Notes under the pieces: model-generated | What the model was told of the DNA's origin: nothing | The model's database searches: none | The model's input: only the letters and a program-made list of their open reading frames with translations | Made by a program: the position numbers and the translations under genes | From: Chthoniobacterales bacterium | Lineage (GTDB): Bacteria; Verrucomicrobiota; Verrucomicrobiia; Chthoniobacterales; JBDTJR01 | Direction of reading: 5' to 3' | Assembly (NCBI GenBank): GCA_039935735.1 | Contig: JBDTJR010000138.1 | Span: forward strand, 1 to 47,984 | Length of the DNA: 47,984 bases | Shown: positions 28,402 through 37,281 of the stretch, in pieces | Layout of the letters: the number at the start of each line of letters is the position of its first letter | How positions within the stretch are numbered: position 1 is the first letter of the stretch

Positions 28402-30215
28402 GATTTAAAAGGTTTCCAATAGAACATTATTGCGATGCCCATGCAAATTCCGAGCGAGCCCATCCATTTGAACAGCCAGCCGGGATCATACAATACCTGT
28501 AACGTCGTTTCGTCGAGGTCTTGTGGATTCCACTCTGCCTGGCTGAATTTATAATTAATCCCGGTTAAGGTATTCCACCATAGTCCCGGAAAACTTGCGG
28601 GATGATTCATTCGTGTGGTTTCCACTTTTGTGGCTCCGTTTTTAGCATCCTTGAATTCGACGGTGGCTATGAAGTTTGAAGGAGTCTCAGTGCCTTCATC
28701 CCGTGGCACGTCAAATTTAAGGAGCCCGATGGTGAAAGGTATGGGTCGGGTTTCCAGGCCGTAGCTGAAAGTGACCACCTGGCCATCCAGCGTGAGTGTA
28801 TTCGATCCGCCGGAGTCCAGCCACTGGGCGGCGCTTTTTTGATGATCGGGATTTAAAAGATAAGAGCGAAAACCGGGTATGCCTTCCTTTTCATTGGCGG
28901 GAAGGGATTTGCCCGGTTCCATGACTTCACTGCTCTGGGCATGCCCCAGTGATTGCTCGATGGTTGCAGACCAGTCCGCCCATCCAAGCTGGAAAGATTC
29001 GCCTGGAGCGGCTTCTCCTTTTGCGTAAACCGCTCCAGAGCGCGAAATTTGATACGCGACTTTTCCATTTGGCAGACGACTGAGTGTGAGGGCTGGCTTA
29101 TTCGAGTTTTCAGTTTGAGCCGCTGTTGTGGAAATCTCGACAACCACTGCGGGATTGTTCGGCTTATCGGAGCGTGAAAAGGGTTTTCCATCGCGCATTT
29201 CAAAATCCGGCCAGTATTGACGCACTACCACAGATGTTCCGCCGGAGACAATAGCCTGATTCATTGCTTCCTCGCGATGATAGGTTGCGCCTGTTCCATC
29301 CGGTGCGGCGACGGTTATCTCTTTGCCATCCTTGCTGAGCACGATTTTGATTTGTGTCGCCGTGCCTTCGGAGTGAATCACTGACGCGAATTTTGAAAAA
29401 ACCATCTGCGTTTCAATCGGATGGGATGCCACTTCTTTAGGTAAGTCCGCAGCGAGCGCGATTTTTGCCATTCCGAAAAAATCCTGCGAGCGCGCACTTT
29501 CCGGCTCGAGCAAAAGCGGCATCTCCATCGTGCGTCCCACCATGGTGCTTTGCAGCTTTAGCAGGATACCAGCACTGCCATCAGGTACCTCAACGAGTTG
29601 CGGTCTGCGCTGCATGTTATTATTGAAAGCATCGACAACGAGTTTCAATCGACTGCCGGGAATATCCAAAATACGAGGATGGGCCTCCGTGGGCACAGGC
29701 ATTTCCGCATCGAAGGGCAGAAGGTAAAGCGCGTTGTCTGCCGGGCTCTGTACCTGCAAGGCGCTTCTATTTGTCACGATGCGGTTCAAGGGCGGGCGAT
29801 TCTTGTGAATTGTCACATTGCCCTCGAAGCCATATTTGTGGCCCACCATCGCTCCGATCAAAAGACAAATGATTCCGTAATGCGTCACGATAAACCCCGC
29901 ATGTTTTTTTTGCCACGGCCACCGGCTAAGCGTGACCGAAAAAAGATTCACGCACAGCACCGCCAGCCAGAATGTAAACCACGGCGCATCGTAAATATAG
30001 GACCGGGCGATTTTGCTGCTGAAGCCAGATTCGTAAAACGTCGCCGTGGCGCAAGCGATGGCTAGTGTTGCAAGTAGAAGGAGCGCGAGCTTTAATGATG
30101 CCAGTATATGGATCATCTTCCATATGGCGGATTTTTTTTGGCGCTCCGCGATCATTCGCTTACGCAGAACTTCGGGAGAAACCTTCCGCTCTGGAGGTTC
30201 AGCGACGACGCTCAT
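28398..30215 (-). CDS. ccsB: cytochrome c biogenesis protein CcsB/ResB (Ccs1)
   Basis: 605 aa. N-terminal TM region (LKLALLLLATLAIACATATFYESG) and large periplasmic domain typical of ResB. 4 bp overlap with ccsA. Confidence 0.8.
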   Translation of the reverse strand: MSVVAEPPERKVSPEVLRKRMIAERQKKSAIWKMIHILASLKLALLLLATLAIACATATFYESGFSSKIARSYIYDAPWFTFWLAVLCVNLFSVTLSRWPWQKKHAGFIVTHYGIICLLIGAMVGHKYGFEGNVTIHKNRPPLNRIVTNRSALQVQSPADNALYLLPFDAEMPVPTEAHPRILDIPGSRLKLVVDAFNNNMQRRPQLVEVPDGSAGILLKLQSTMVGRTMEMPLLLEPESARSQDFFGMAKIALAADLPKEVASHPIETQMVFSKFASVIHSEGTATQIKIVLSKDGKEITVAAPDGTGATYHREEAMNQAIVSGGTSVVVRQYWPDFEMRDGKPFSRSDKPNNPAVVVEISTTAAQTENSNKPALTLSRLPNGKVAYQISRSGAVYAKGEAAPGESFQLGWADWSATIEQSLGHAQSSEVMEPGKSLPANEKEGIPGFRSYLLNPDHQKSAAQWLDSGGSNTLTLDGQVVTFSYGLETRPIPFTIGLLKFDVPRDEGTETPSNFIATVEFKDAKNGATKVETTRMNHPASFPGLWWNTLTGINYKFSQAEWNPQDLDETTLQVLYDPGWLFKWMGSLGICMGIAIMFYWKPFKS

Positions 30216-30487
30216 GAGCGGAATCCTTCGTTAGGCGCAAAAAAGAAAGGGGTGAAATGAAACTTCGCGTTTCCTTTCCCCTTACGTGCCGTTACCCCGG
30301 CCTCGATTTTACTCCACGATGCCATGACCCAGAACTTAAAAGCTAGAATCCTTACGCAGATTTGCAACTCCACAATGATGTTATTATTAGAAAAACTTAT
30401 AATATGCACCTTTTTGGTTGGGCAATCCGCGAGCACATCTTTGGATATTTCCCTTTTCTCTCATTCAATCCCGCGTAATTTCGAGAA

Positions 30488-31831
30488 ATGCGTCTAAGAA
30501 CTCTTTGGATCACTCTCGTGGTTCTCTTTCTGCTTATCGTAGGAGTAATGATTGGGGCCAATATCTGGGTCCAATCCTACCTTCGCAGTGACGCTTTTCG
30601 CGCCATGATCGAGCATAAAACCGGTCTCGCCCTGAAGCTCAAAGCCAAATACCGACCTTTCCAGTGGTCGGGTAGCTCGGTTTATTCCGACCAGTTTGCC
30701 GGAGGAGAGGGGACTGGAGATATTTCCGCACAACGCATTCGAGCCAGCTTCAATCTGCGTTCTATTCTCGATGGGGCATGGCGTATTAATGATTTGAATA
30801 TTGGTCGTCTGGATACCGTTTTTTCAAGTAAACCGGCGGCAGATCATCCCATTCCACCTCCTGATCCTGTTACCGGCTGGAGGTCCTATCTCCCTCATCG
30901 TTTCGAACTTGATCGTATCACCATTGGGGATGCGAATTTTACATGGGGAACAAACTCCCCCGGATCAGGCGCGTTGCAGGGTACGGCTTTAAATGCAACG
31001 CCTGCGAACAAGGGGTGGAACATCACCGCCAAAGGCGGGAAGCTTCTTATGAAGAAATTTCCTGAACTTTCCCTTCAGGATGCTAAAATTCGCACACAGC
31101 AAGGCTCGCTCTATATCACGGAGTCTCATCTGCGAACGGGGGAGAACGGGAATGTGCAGATTTCCGGCGAACGGAGCGAAGACGGAGATCTGAATATGGA
31201 AGTCCAGTGGGAAAAGGTTCCCGCTCAATCCCTGCTGAAAGATCCGTGGGATAACCGTCTATCCGGCACTTTTGAGGGGAACGCAAAAATTAAAAGCACG
31301 GGTGGATCGGAGGCCGTGATTAAGGGGAAGTTTCTTTTAACGGATGGTTTGCTACAGGGAATCCCGATGCAGACGCAAATCGCCAACTACACGCGTCAGC
31401 CGGAATACGAGCGTCTTCCTCTTCAGCAATTATCGGCCGATTATGTCATCCGAGCAGGTAAAGTTTTTATCAATAATCTCGTGGCGGAATCCAAGGGACT
31501 GTTGCGTGTCGAGGGCGAGTGTATCGTGGATCATGAGGAAACAATCACGGGAACCTTCAAGGTTGGGGTGACTTCGCAAAGTCTGCGTTGGCTTCCGGGG
31601 TCACAGGCCCGCGTTTTCACGGTTTCGCAAAATGGGTATCTCTGGGCCACAGTTCATGTGGGCGGCACGTTAAAAAATCCGCATGAAGACCTTTCCTCCC
31701 GCCTCATCGCGGCAGCCACAGGTCAGGTTATCGATTCCGCCGCAGGCATGATCGTAAATCCCGTCAAGACAACGAAAGATGTTATCAAGGATGCGGCTCA
31801 TGCCATTCTTCCTGGTCTGTCTTTGCCGTAA
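30488..31831 (+). CDS. membrane-anchored hypothetical protein (possibly AsmA-like)
   Basis: 447 aa. Single N-terminal TM (LWITLVVLFLLIVGVMIGANIW), then a beta-rich soluble domain. Weak resemblance to AsmA/TamB-type C-terminal regions. Family not established. Confidence 0.5.
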   Translation: MRLRTLWITLVVLFLLIVGVMIGANIWVQSYLRSDAFRAMIEHKTGLALKLKAKYRPFQWSGSSVYSDQFAGGEGTGDISAQRIRASFNLRSILDGAWRINDLNIGRLDTVFSSKPAADHPIPPPDPVTGWRSYLPHRFELDRITIGDANFTWGTNSPGSGALQGTALNATPANKGWNITAKGGKLLMKKFPELSLQDAKIRTQQGSLYITESHLRTGENGNVQISGERSEDGDLNMEVQWEKVPAQSLLKDPWDNRLSGTFEGNAKIKSTGGSEAVIKGKFLLTDGLLQGIPMQTQIANYTRQPEYERLPLQQLSADYVIRAGKVFINNLVAESKGLLRVEGECIVDHEETITGTFKVGVTSQSLRWLPGSQARVFTVSQNGYLWATVHVGGTLKNPHEDLSSRLIAAATGQVIDSAAGMIVNPVKTTKDVIKDAAHAILPGLSLP

Positions 31832-31839
31832 GGCCGAGT

Positions 31840-32046
31840 TTAATCTTTTGGAATAAAACTCAGACCAAAAATCACGACGGCGAGAATTGCGTTTCCTGCA
31901 AGGAATCCGGTGCCAGGTGCAAACTGCCTCTCAGAAACCTGGGAAGAAGAAACTGGGGCGCTTAAGGGATGCTTTCGAGCCGTTACCCAGAAAGCTACGG
32001 TGAAAATCAAAATGAGCACGGCAAGCACTCTTAGGAAGCGTTTCAT
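31840..32046 (-). CDS. small membrane protein, hypothetical
   Basis: 68 aa with two hydrophobic segments. Start codon overlaps the pirin stop (ATGA), suggesting translational coupling. Confidence 0.45.
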   Translation of the reverse strand: MKRFLRVLAVLILIFTVAFWVTARKHPLSAPVSSSQVSERQFAPGTGFLAGNAILAVVIFGLSFIPKD

Positions 32047-32753
32047 TGCAGGTGAAAAACAATGAATTCCGAGGGTTCCAGCGCTGTGATGACCAGTTGC
32101 GGCGAATCGGCAATCGCCAGACCGTCTCCCGCCACGAGTTTTTCATCCAGAATGCGAAGATTGCCGCGCACCACTTGAATCCAGTGATACGCATAGCCGT
32201 GGGGCAGCCCCAGACGGTGGTCGGGATCTAATTTCCCAAATGCAATCTCGGCGTTCTGTCGAATGGCGACGGTTTCCGCGCTTTCCTTGCCGGAAAAGAG
32301 CGGCGTAAGCGTATTGGATTTTGCATTCGTGCCCATTTCTTTTTCCGCGTAGCGGGGATCTCCTCCCGAAACATTGGGCAGTAGCCAGATTTGCAGGAGG
32401 TGGACAGGCTCCTTGTCTGATGCGTTAAATTCGCTGTGCTGCACACCGCTTCCTGCACTCATGTATTGCAGGTTCCCGGCGGGAATGACGCTTTCATTGC
32501 CCATGCTGTCCCGATGTTGCAGGGAGCCTTTGATAACGTAGGTAAAAATTTCTGCATCGCGGTGTGGATGCGTTCCAAATCCTCCACCGGGAGCGACGAT
32601 ATCCTCATTGATCACGCGCAAGCTGCGAAATCCCATCTGCTCGGGATCGTGGTACTCGCCAAATGAGAAGCTGTGTCGACTATCTAGCCAATCAAATTGC
32701 GTATGCCCTCTTTCCAATGAAGGGAGTTTCTTAATCATGGCGTAACGTGACAC
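32043..32753 (-). CDS. pirin family protein (cupin; quercetin 2,3-dioxygenase-like)
   Basis: 236 aa. GHTQFDWLDSRHSFSFGEYHDP ... GFGTHPHRDAEIFTYVIKGSLQHRDSMGNE matches the pirin metal-binding His/Glu motif (HPHR..E). Confidence 0.85.
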   Translation of the reverse strand: MSRYAMIKKLPSLERGHTQFDWLDSRHSFSFGEYHDPEQMGFRSLRVINEDIVAPGGGFGTHPHRDAEIFTYVIKGSLQHRDSMGNESVIPAGNLQYMSAGSGVQHSEFNASDKEPVHLLQIWLLPNVSGGDPRYAEKEMGTNAKSNTLTPLFSGKESAETVAIRQNAEIAFGKLDPDHRLGLPHGYAYHWIQVVRGNLRILDEKLVAGDGLAIADSPQLVITALEPSEFIVFHLQ

Positions 32754-32966
32754 GGGAATGAGGCACTAGCAAGAAGCAGCATAAAGTTTTTCAAATCAAT
32801 TCGAGCTGTACATTTTCACCGCATAAGGCAGAGAGAGGTAAACATAACTGAGTGTCTTTGCCCCTGATTCTGCGGCCGCTTCCGTAATTTATGGAATCTC
32901 GTGATCGCTCAACCCTGGAATCAAGGGTGCGATGATGACCTTGCGACCACGGATTGCTTTTTTCAG

Positions 32967-32983
32967 ATCCTGCAATGCAGGAT
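32967..32983. other. 17 bp perfect palindrome ATCCTGCA-A-TGCAGGAT one nt after msrA stop codon
   Basis: Read directly. The flanking T6 run is on the wrong side for an msrA terminator. Confidence 0.5.
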
Positions 32984-32984
32984 T

Positions 32985-33602
32985 CTACTTCAATTCTTTG
33001 CGCTCCTTGAGCTCTTTTTTGAATTTTTCCAACTTTGGCTCGATGACGTAGGAGCTGTAGCCTTCTTCGGGATGATTCTTGTAATAGTCCACATGGTATT
33101 TCTCAGCGGGATAAAAAGGTTTATCGACCGTTATCTCGGTTACGATAGGTTGCTTAAAATCTTTCTGTGCAGCGGCTTTTGATTTTTCTGCAATGGCTTT
33201 TTCCGTGTCATTAGTCGTAATAATAATGGAGCGATACTGGGTACCGTGGTCCGCGCCCTGCTGGTTGAGAGTCGTGGGGTCGTGGGCTTTCCAGAACAAA
33301 TTTAAGATCTCATCATAGGAAATTACCGAAGGGTCAAATTCCACATGAACCACTTCGGCATGCCCCGTTCTACCGGTGCAGACCATTTCATAGGTCGGAT
33401 TAGGGATCTTTCCGCCTGCGTAGCCAGGAGTTGCGACTGTAACGCCATTTACCGCACTATAAAGCGCTTCCATACACCAGAAGCAGCCACCGCCTAATGT
33501 TACAGACTGTGTTTTTTTATCATTCATAGGAGTGTCCTTGGGAGTTTGTGCCAGACCCGTCTGAAGGGCTGCGATCACTAGAAAAGGGATAAGAAATTTC
33601 AT
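32985..33602 (-). CDS. msrA: peptide methionine sulfoxide reductase MsrA, secreted/periplasmic form
   Basis: 205 aa. Signal peptide MKFLIPFLVIAALQTGLAQ. Active site GGGCFWCMEA, plus TGRTGHAEVVHVEFDP. Confidence 0.9.
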   Translation of the reverse strand: MKFLIPFLVIAALQTGLAQTPKDTPMNDKKTQSVTLGGGCFWCMEALYSAVNGVTVATPGYAGGKIPNPTYEMVCTGRTGHAEVVHVEFDPSVISYDEILNLFWKAHDPTTLNQQGADHGTQYRSIIITTNDTEKAIAEKSKAAAQKDFKQPIVTEITVDKPFYPAEKYHVDYYKNHPEEGYSSYVIEPKLEKFKKELKERKELK

Positions 33603-33790
33603 AAATATTATACGGCCTCTATTCTAAGAGATACGAACCCTTTATTTATTCCGGCTTTTTAACTTATTCAGTATCGAATCAGTAGCTTAAAAGGTCAACT
33701 TTTGCTTAAAATGAACAGTTCGCTCCCTGTGATTGATTTTTTTGAGAATCCGGCGATGCTGTCTGACTCCGACTTATTTATCCCTGACGC

Positions 33791-35233
33791 ATGGTATTTA
33801 CCGCCCTAAAATTTATCCTGATCTGCCTTGAGGTTGTTCTGATTTTTAACCTCCTGATCATCGTTCACGAACTTGGCCATTTTCTGGCCGCACGCTGGCG
33901 CGGGCTGGTTGTGGAAAAATTCGCAATCTGGTTTGGAAAGCCTCTTTGGAAAAAAACGATCGGTGGCGTGGAATACAGTCTGGGCTCTATTCCTGCCGGT
34001 GGATTTGTCGCGCTTCCACAGCTTGCGCCCATGGACCTTATCGAGGGAGAGACGGATGTAGATCGCGCAAAGCTTCCACCCGCTTCGGTAGTGGACAAGA
34101 TTATCGTCGCAGTTGCCGGGCCACTTTTCAGCATCGGACTTGCATTTACTTTTGCCTGTATCATCTGGGTGATTGGAAGACCGATCAGCGAAGGGGATAT
34201 GTCGACCCGGATTGGCTACGTGCAAGCCGACGGCCCGGCAGCAAAAGCGGGGATTTTGGCGGGCGACCAGATCGTTTCGATTGACGGCCATCCGGTTAGT
34301 CAGTTTTCCGGTATGGGAAATGTCCAGGGAAGCATCATCTGGAATATCGCGCGCAGCGAGACGCCGGGCATTCCCATCGTTGTGATTCGAAATGGGGAGC
34401 AGCAAACTTTTAAAGTCGAACCTACCATAGAGCCGCGCGTGGGCTGGGGACGCCATAATCTGCGCCAGATCGGCATTGCTCCCACACAAATTCCGATGAT
34501 CGCGAAGACCATAAAAAATAGTCCGGCATCGGAGGCTGGTTTGATGCGCGGCGATCTCATTATTGCTGCCAACGGGGAGAAGCTCCTGAGCTTGCTTGTA
34601 TGGCCAGAGATCATGGCAAAAACCCCGAAAGGGCCTGTCAATATGACCATTCAGCGTGGCGATAAAACTTTTGATCTTTCGCTGACGCCCCGGCTTATTG
34701 ATCCCGATAACGGTTCAAAGGATAAAGAAATGCTCATCGGCATTGGGTGGGATTTCGATGGCCGGACGGTGCTGGCACATCCCAACCCCTTTCGTCAGAT
34801 TGCGGATAGTGTGGCAACCATGTGGGCGACTCTTTCGGCCGTGGCATCACCCAAATCCAGCATCAAGGCGGAACATTTAAGCGGACCTCTGGGAATCATG
34901 CATCTTTACTATATGCTTTTCCAAAAAGCAGACGGATGGCGGCAGGCGCTCTGGTTTAGTGTTGTCCTGAATGTAAACCTAGCCTTGTTGAATATGCTTC
35001 CGATTCCGGTTCTCGACGGTGGGCACATCCTTCTTGCGTTCATTGAAGGAATTCGCAAACGCCCTATTAATATCCGTGTGCTGGAAGTTATTCAGAGCGC
35101 CTGTGGTATCGTGATCATCGGATTCATTTTATATGTGTCCTTCTTTGATACTCTGGACTTTATGGGGCACAAGAAGAGTGCCGCTGCTTTGCCAGCCGTC
35201 GAGACGACCCCCGCAGCGCCCGCATCAAAATAA
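33791..35233 (+). CDS. rseP: RIP metalloprotease RseP (site-2 protease, M50) with PDZ domains
   Basis: 480 aa. HELGHF zinc motif in TM1 (IVHELGHFLAARWRG) and C-terminal LDGG motif (NMLPIPVLDGGHIL). Confidence 0.9.
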   Translation: MVFTALKFILICLEVVLIFNLLIIVHELGHFLAARWRGLVVEKFAIWFGKPLWKKTIGGVEYSLGSIPAGGFVALPQLAPMDLIEGETDVDRAKLPPASVVDKIIVAVAGPLFSIGLAFTFACIIWVIGRPISEGDMSTRIGYVQADGPAAKAGILAGDQIVSIDGHPVSQFSGMGNVQGSIIWNIARSETPGIPIVVIRNGEQQTFKVEPTIEPRVGWGRHNLRQIGIAPTQIPMIAKTIKNSPASEAGLMRGDLIIAANGEKLLSLLVWPEIMAKTPKGPVNMTIQRGDKTFDLSLTPRLIDPDNGSKDKEMLIGIGWDFDGRTVLAHPNPFRQIADSVATMWATLSAVASPKSSIKAEHLSGPLGIMHLYYMLFQKADGWRQALWFSVVLNVNLALLNMLPIPVLDGGHILLAFIEGIRKRPINIRVLEVIQSACGIVIIGFILYVSFFDTLDFMGHKKSAAALPAVETTPAAPASK

Positions 35234-37023
35234 TGTCGCTTAAATACTGCTCCAATCCCTTGCATCCCCGCCGCAGGCTGACGCGAGCGGTCTTTGTGGG
35301 CAAGGTAGGCGTGGGAGGAGAGAACCCGGTTAGGGTCCAGTCCATGCTGACATGCGATACCATGGATACGGAGGCCTGTATCCAGCAGACGCTGGATCTT
35401 GTCACGGTGGGTTGTGAAATTGTGCGCATCACCGCACCTACCGTGAAGGATGCAGCGAATCTTGAACATATCATTGCCGGGCTGCGGAGTCGTAACTGTG
35501 ATGTGCCGATTGTCGCGGACATTCATTTCAAGCCGGACGCTGCCATGGAAGCCGCAAAATGGGTGGATAAAGTGCGCATCAATCCCGGGAACTATGCGGA
35601 TTCGAAAAAATTTGCAGTGCGCGAATATACCGATACGGAATACGCCGCGGAAATGGATCGCATCCGTGAGCGTTTCGCCCCTTTGGTGACGCGATGCAAG
35701 GAGCGGGGAATTTCCATCCGCATCGGCACAAATCACGGTTCGCTAAGTGATCGCATCATGAATCGCTACGGCGACACACCGCGCGGCATGGTGGAAAGCG
35801 CCCTGGAATTTGCCCGTATCGCCCGTGAGCAGGATTTTCATAATTTCATTTTCTCAATGAAGTCGAGTAACCCGAAAGTAATGATCGAGGCGTATCGACT
35901 ACTTGTAGCACACTTGAATGCGGAGGGCTCGGATTGGAATTACCCGATTCATCTTGGTGTGACAGAGGCCGGTGATGGCGAAGACGGTCGTATCAAGAGC
36001 GCCATCGGTATCGGCAGTCTTTTGCATGATGGGATAGGCGACACGATCCGAGTTTCACTTACGGAAGACAGCGTGCACGAAATTCCCGTTGCGCAGAAAC
36101 TCGCAGAACTCTTTGCGATAAAAGAAAACGTGCAATCCGATGCTGCCGTGAATGAGGAGCCGACTTTGTCCTACGATCCGTTTTCGTATCAGAAGCGGTC
36201 TTCTGAACGGATCGAACGGGGAGAGATTTTTCTCGGAGATGAGGAAACTCCGCGTGTTTTTACCTCCCGAAAAAAATGGGATGCGCTTGCGCATAAAATC
36301 GCATCACTGGGTGATTACAAACCCGAAGTGGTTGTCGAGGATTCGAGCGTCGCGGCGATCGATCCTCGTGATCAGGCTGCCGTGGATGTTGTCAATCGCA
36401 CGACTCAACCGCAGCTTGTTACCGTAGCGGATAACCTGGATATGGCGGTTATCCCCGCATTCCGTCTTCTCGCAGCACGCATTCAGGAACGGCATCCGAT
36501 TTTACTAAAGGATACGCTCCATGAACCAAAGGGTGGAGATTTTCTGACGACTCTGCTTACCGCAGCGACGCATCTCGGATCATTGCTGTGTGACGGGATC
36601 GGAGATGCTGTAATCGTCCAGGGCGAGGAAGCGCCGGGACAATCGCTACGTATTTCCTACAATGTTCTGCAAGCTGCCGGGTGTAGAATTTTCAAGACGG
36701 ACTATGTGGCATGCCCGTCTTGTGGGCGAACACTTTTCAATCTTCAGGAAACCACCGCACGCATCAAGGCGGCGACGAGTCATTTGAAGGGCGTAAAAAT
36801 CGCAATCATGGGCTGCATCGTCAATGGGCCTGGTGAAATGGCGGATGCCGATTTCGGATACGTCGGCGGTGCGCCAGGAAAAGTGAATCTTTACGTGGGA
36901 AAGAAAGCCGTGAAATTTAATATTCCCGAGGTGGAAGCCGTTGATAAGCTCAAGGATCTCATCCGTGAGCATGGTAAGTGGATGGAACCCGCGCCGGAAA
37001 TTGCAACGAGCGTTGAGGTTTAA
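35233..37023 (+). CDS. ispG: 4-hydroxy-3-methylbut-2-enyl diphosphate synthase, long form with inserted A* domain
   Basis: 596 aa. VFVGKVGVGGENPVRVQSMLTCDT ... and C-terminal CPSCGRT Fe-S motif (YVACPSCGRTLFNL). The length fits the long GcpE type. Confidence 0.9.
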   Translation: MSLKYCSNPLHPRRRLTRAVFVGKVGVGGENPVRVQSMLTCDTMDTEACIQQTLDLVTVGCEIVRITAPTVKDAANLEHIIAGLRSRNCDVPIVADIHFKPDAAMEAAKWVDKVRINPGNYADSKKFAVREYTDTEYAAEMDRIRERFAPLVTRCKERGISIRIGTNHGSLSDRIMNRYGDTPRGMVESALEFARIAREQDFHNFIFSMKSSNPKVMIEAYRLLVAHLNAEGSDWNYPIHLGVTEAGDGEDGRIKSAIGIGSLLHDGIGDTIRVSLTEDSVHEIPVAQKLAELFAIKENVQSDAAVNEEPTLSYDPFSYQKRSSERIERGEIFLGDEETPRVFTSRKKWDALAHKIASLGDYKPEVVVEDSSVAAIDPRDQAAVDVVNRTTQPQLVTVADNLDMAVIPAFRLLAARIQERHPILLKDTLHEPKGGDFLTTLLTAATHLGSLLCDGIGDAVIVQGEEAPGQSLRISYNVLQAAGCRIFKTDYVACPSCGRTLFNLQETTARIKAATSHLKGVKIAIMGCIVNGPGEMADADFGYVGGAPGKVNLYVGKKAVKFNIPEVEAVDKLKDLIREHGKWMEPAPEIATSVEV

Positions 37024-37029
37024 TTTCTG

Positions 37030-37239
37030 ATGCGGGAGATGGGAAAATTTCTGGTTATTGGCGGCATTGTCATTGCCGTAATCGGAGCATTGATCTGGAT
37101 GGGGTGGGGGAAGTGGATAGGGAAACTTCCTGGGGATATCTCGATTCAAAAAGGCAATTTCGGGTTTTATTTTCCCGTGGTGACCTGCGTGGTCATCAGC
37201 ATTGCATTGTCTCTTCTCTTGAGGCTTTTCAGACGATAA
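37030..37239 (+). CDS. DUF2905 family small membrane protein
   Basis: 69 aa. LPGDISIQKGNFGFYFPVVTCVVIS matches the conserved DUF2905 core (LPGDI..GN..FYFP). Confidence 0.6.
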   Translation: MREMGKFLVIGGIVIAVIGALIWMGWGKWIGKLPGDISIQKGNFGFYFPVVTCVVISIALSLLLRLFRR

Positions 37240-37245
37240 GCAAAA

Positions 37246-37280
37246 GGGCGGCCAGCGTGTGCTGGCCGCCCGATTTTTAG
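37246..37280. terminator. bidirectional rho-independent terminator between converging DUF2905 gene and flotillin gene
   Basis: Perfect 11 bp stem GGGCGGCCAGC/GCTGGCCGCCC with a GTGT loop. Followed by GATTTTTAG on the plus strand and preceded by CAAAAG (so TTTTG on the minus strand). Confidence 0.75.
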
Positions 37281-37281
37281 C

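Noticed and set aside
30257-30340. 27 aa ORF (MKLRVSFPLTCRYPGLDFTPRCHDPELKS) with an upstream AAAGGGG in the ccsB upstream spacer
   Set aside because: It is too short and has no supporting features. It sits in a divergent promoter region and cannot be supported from sequence alone.
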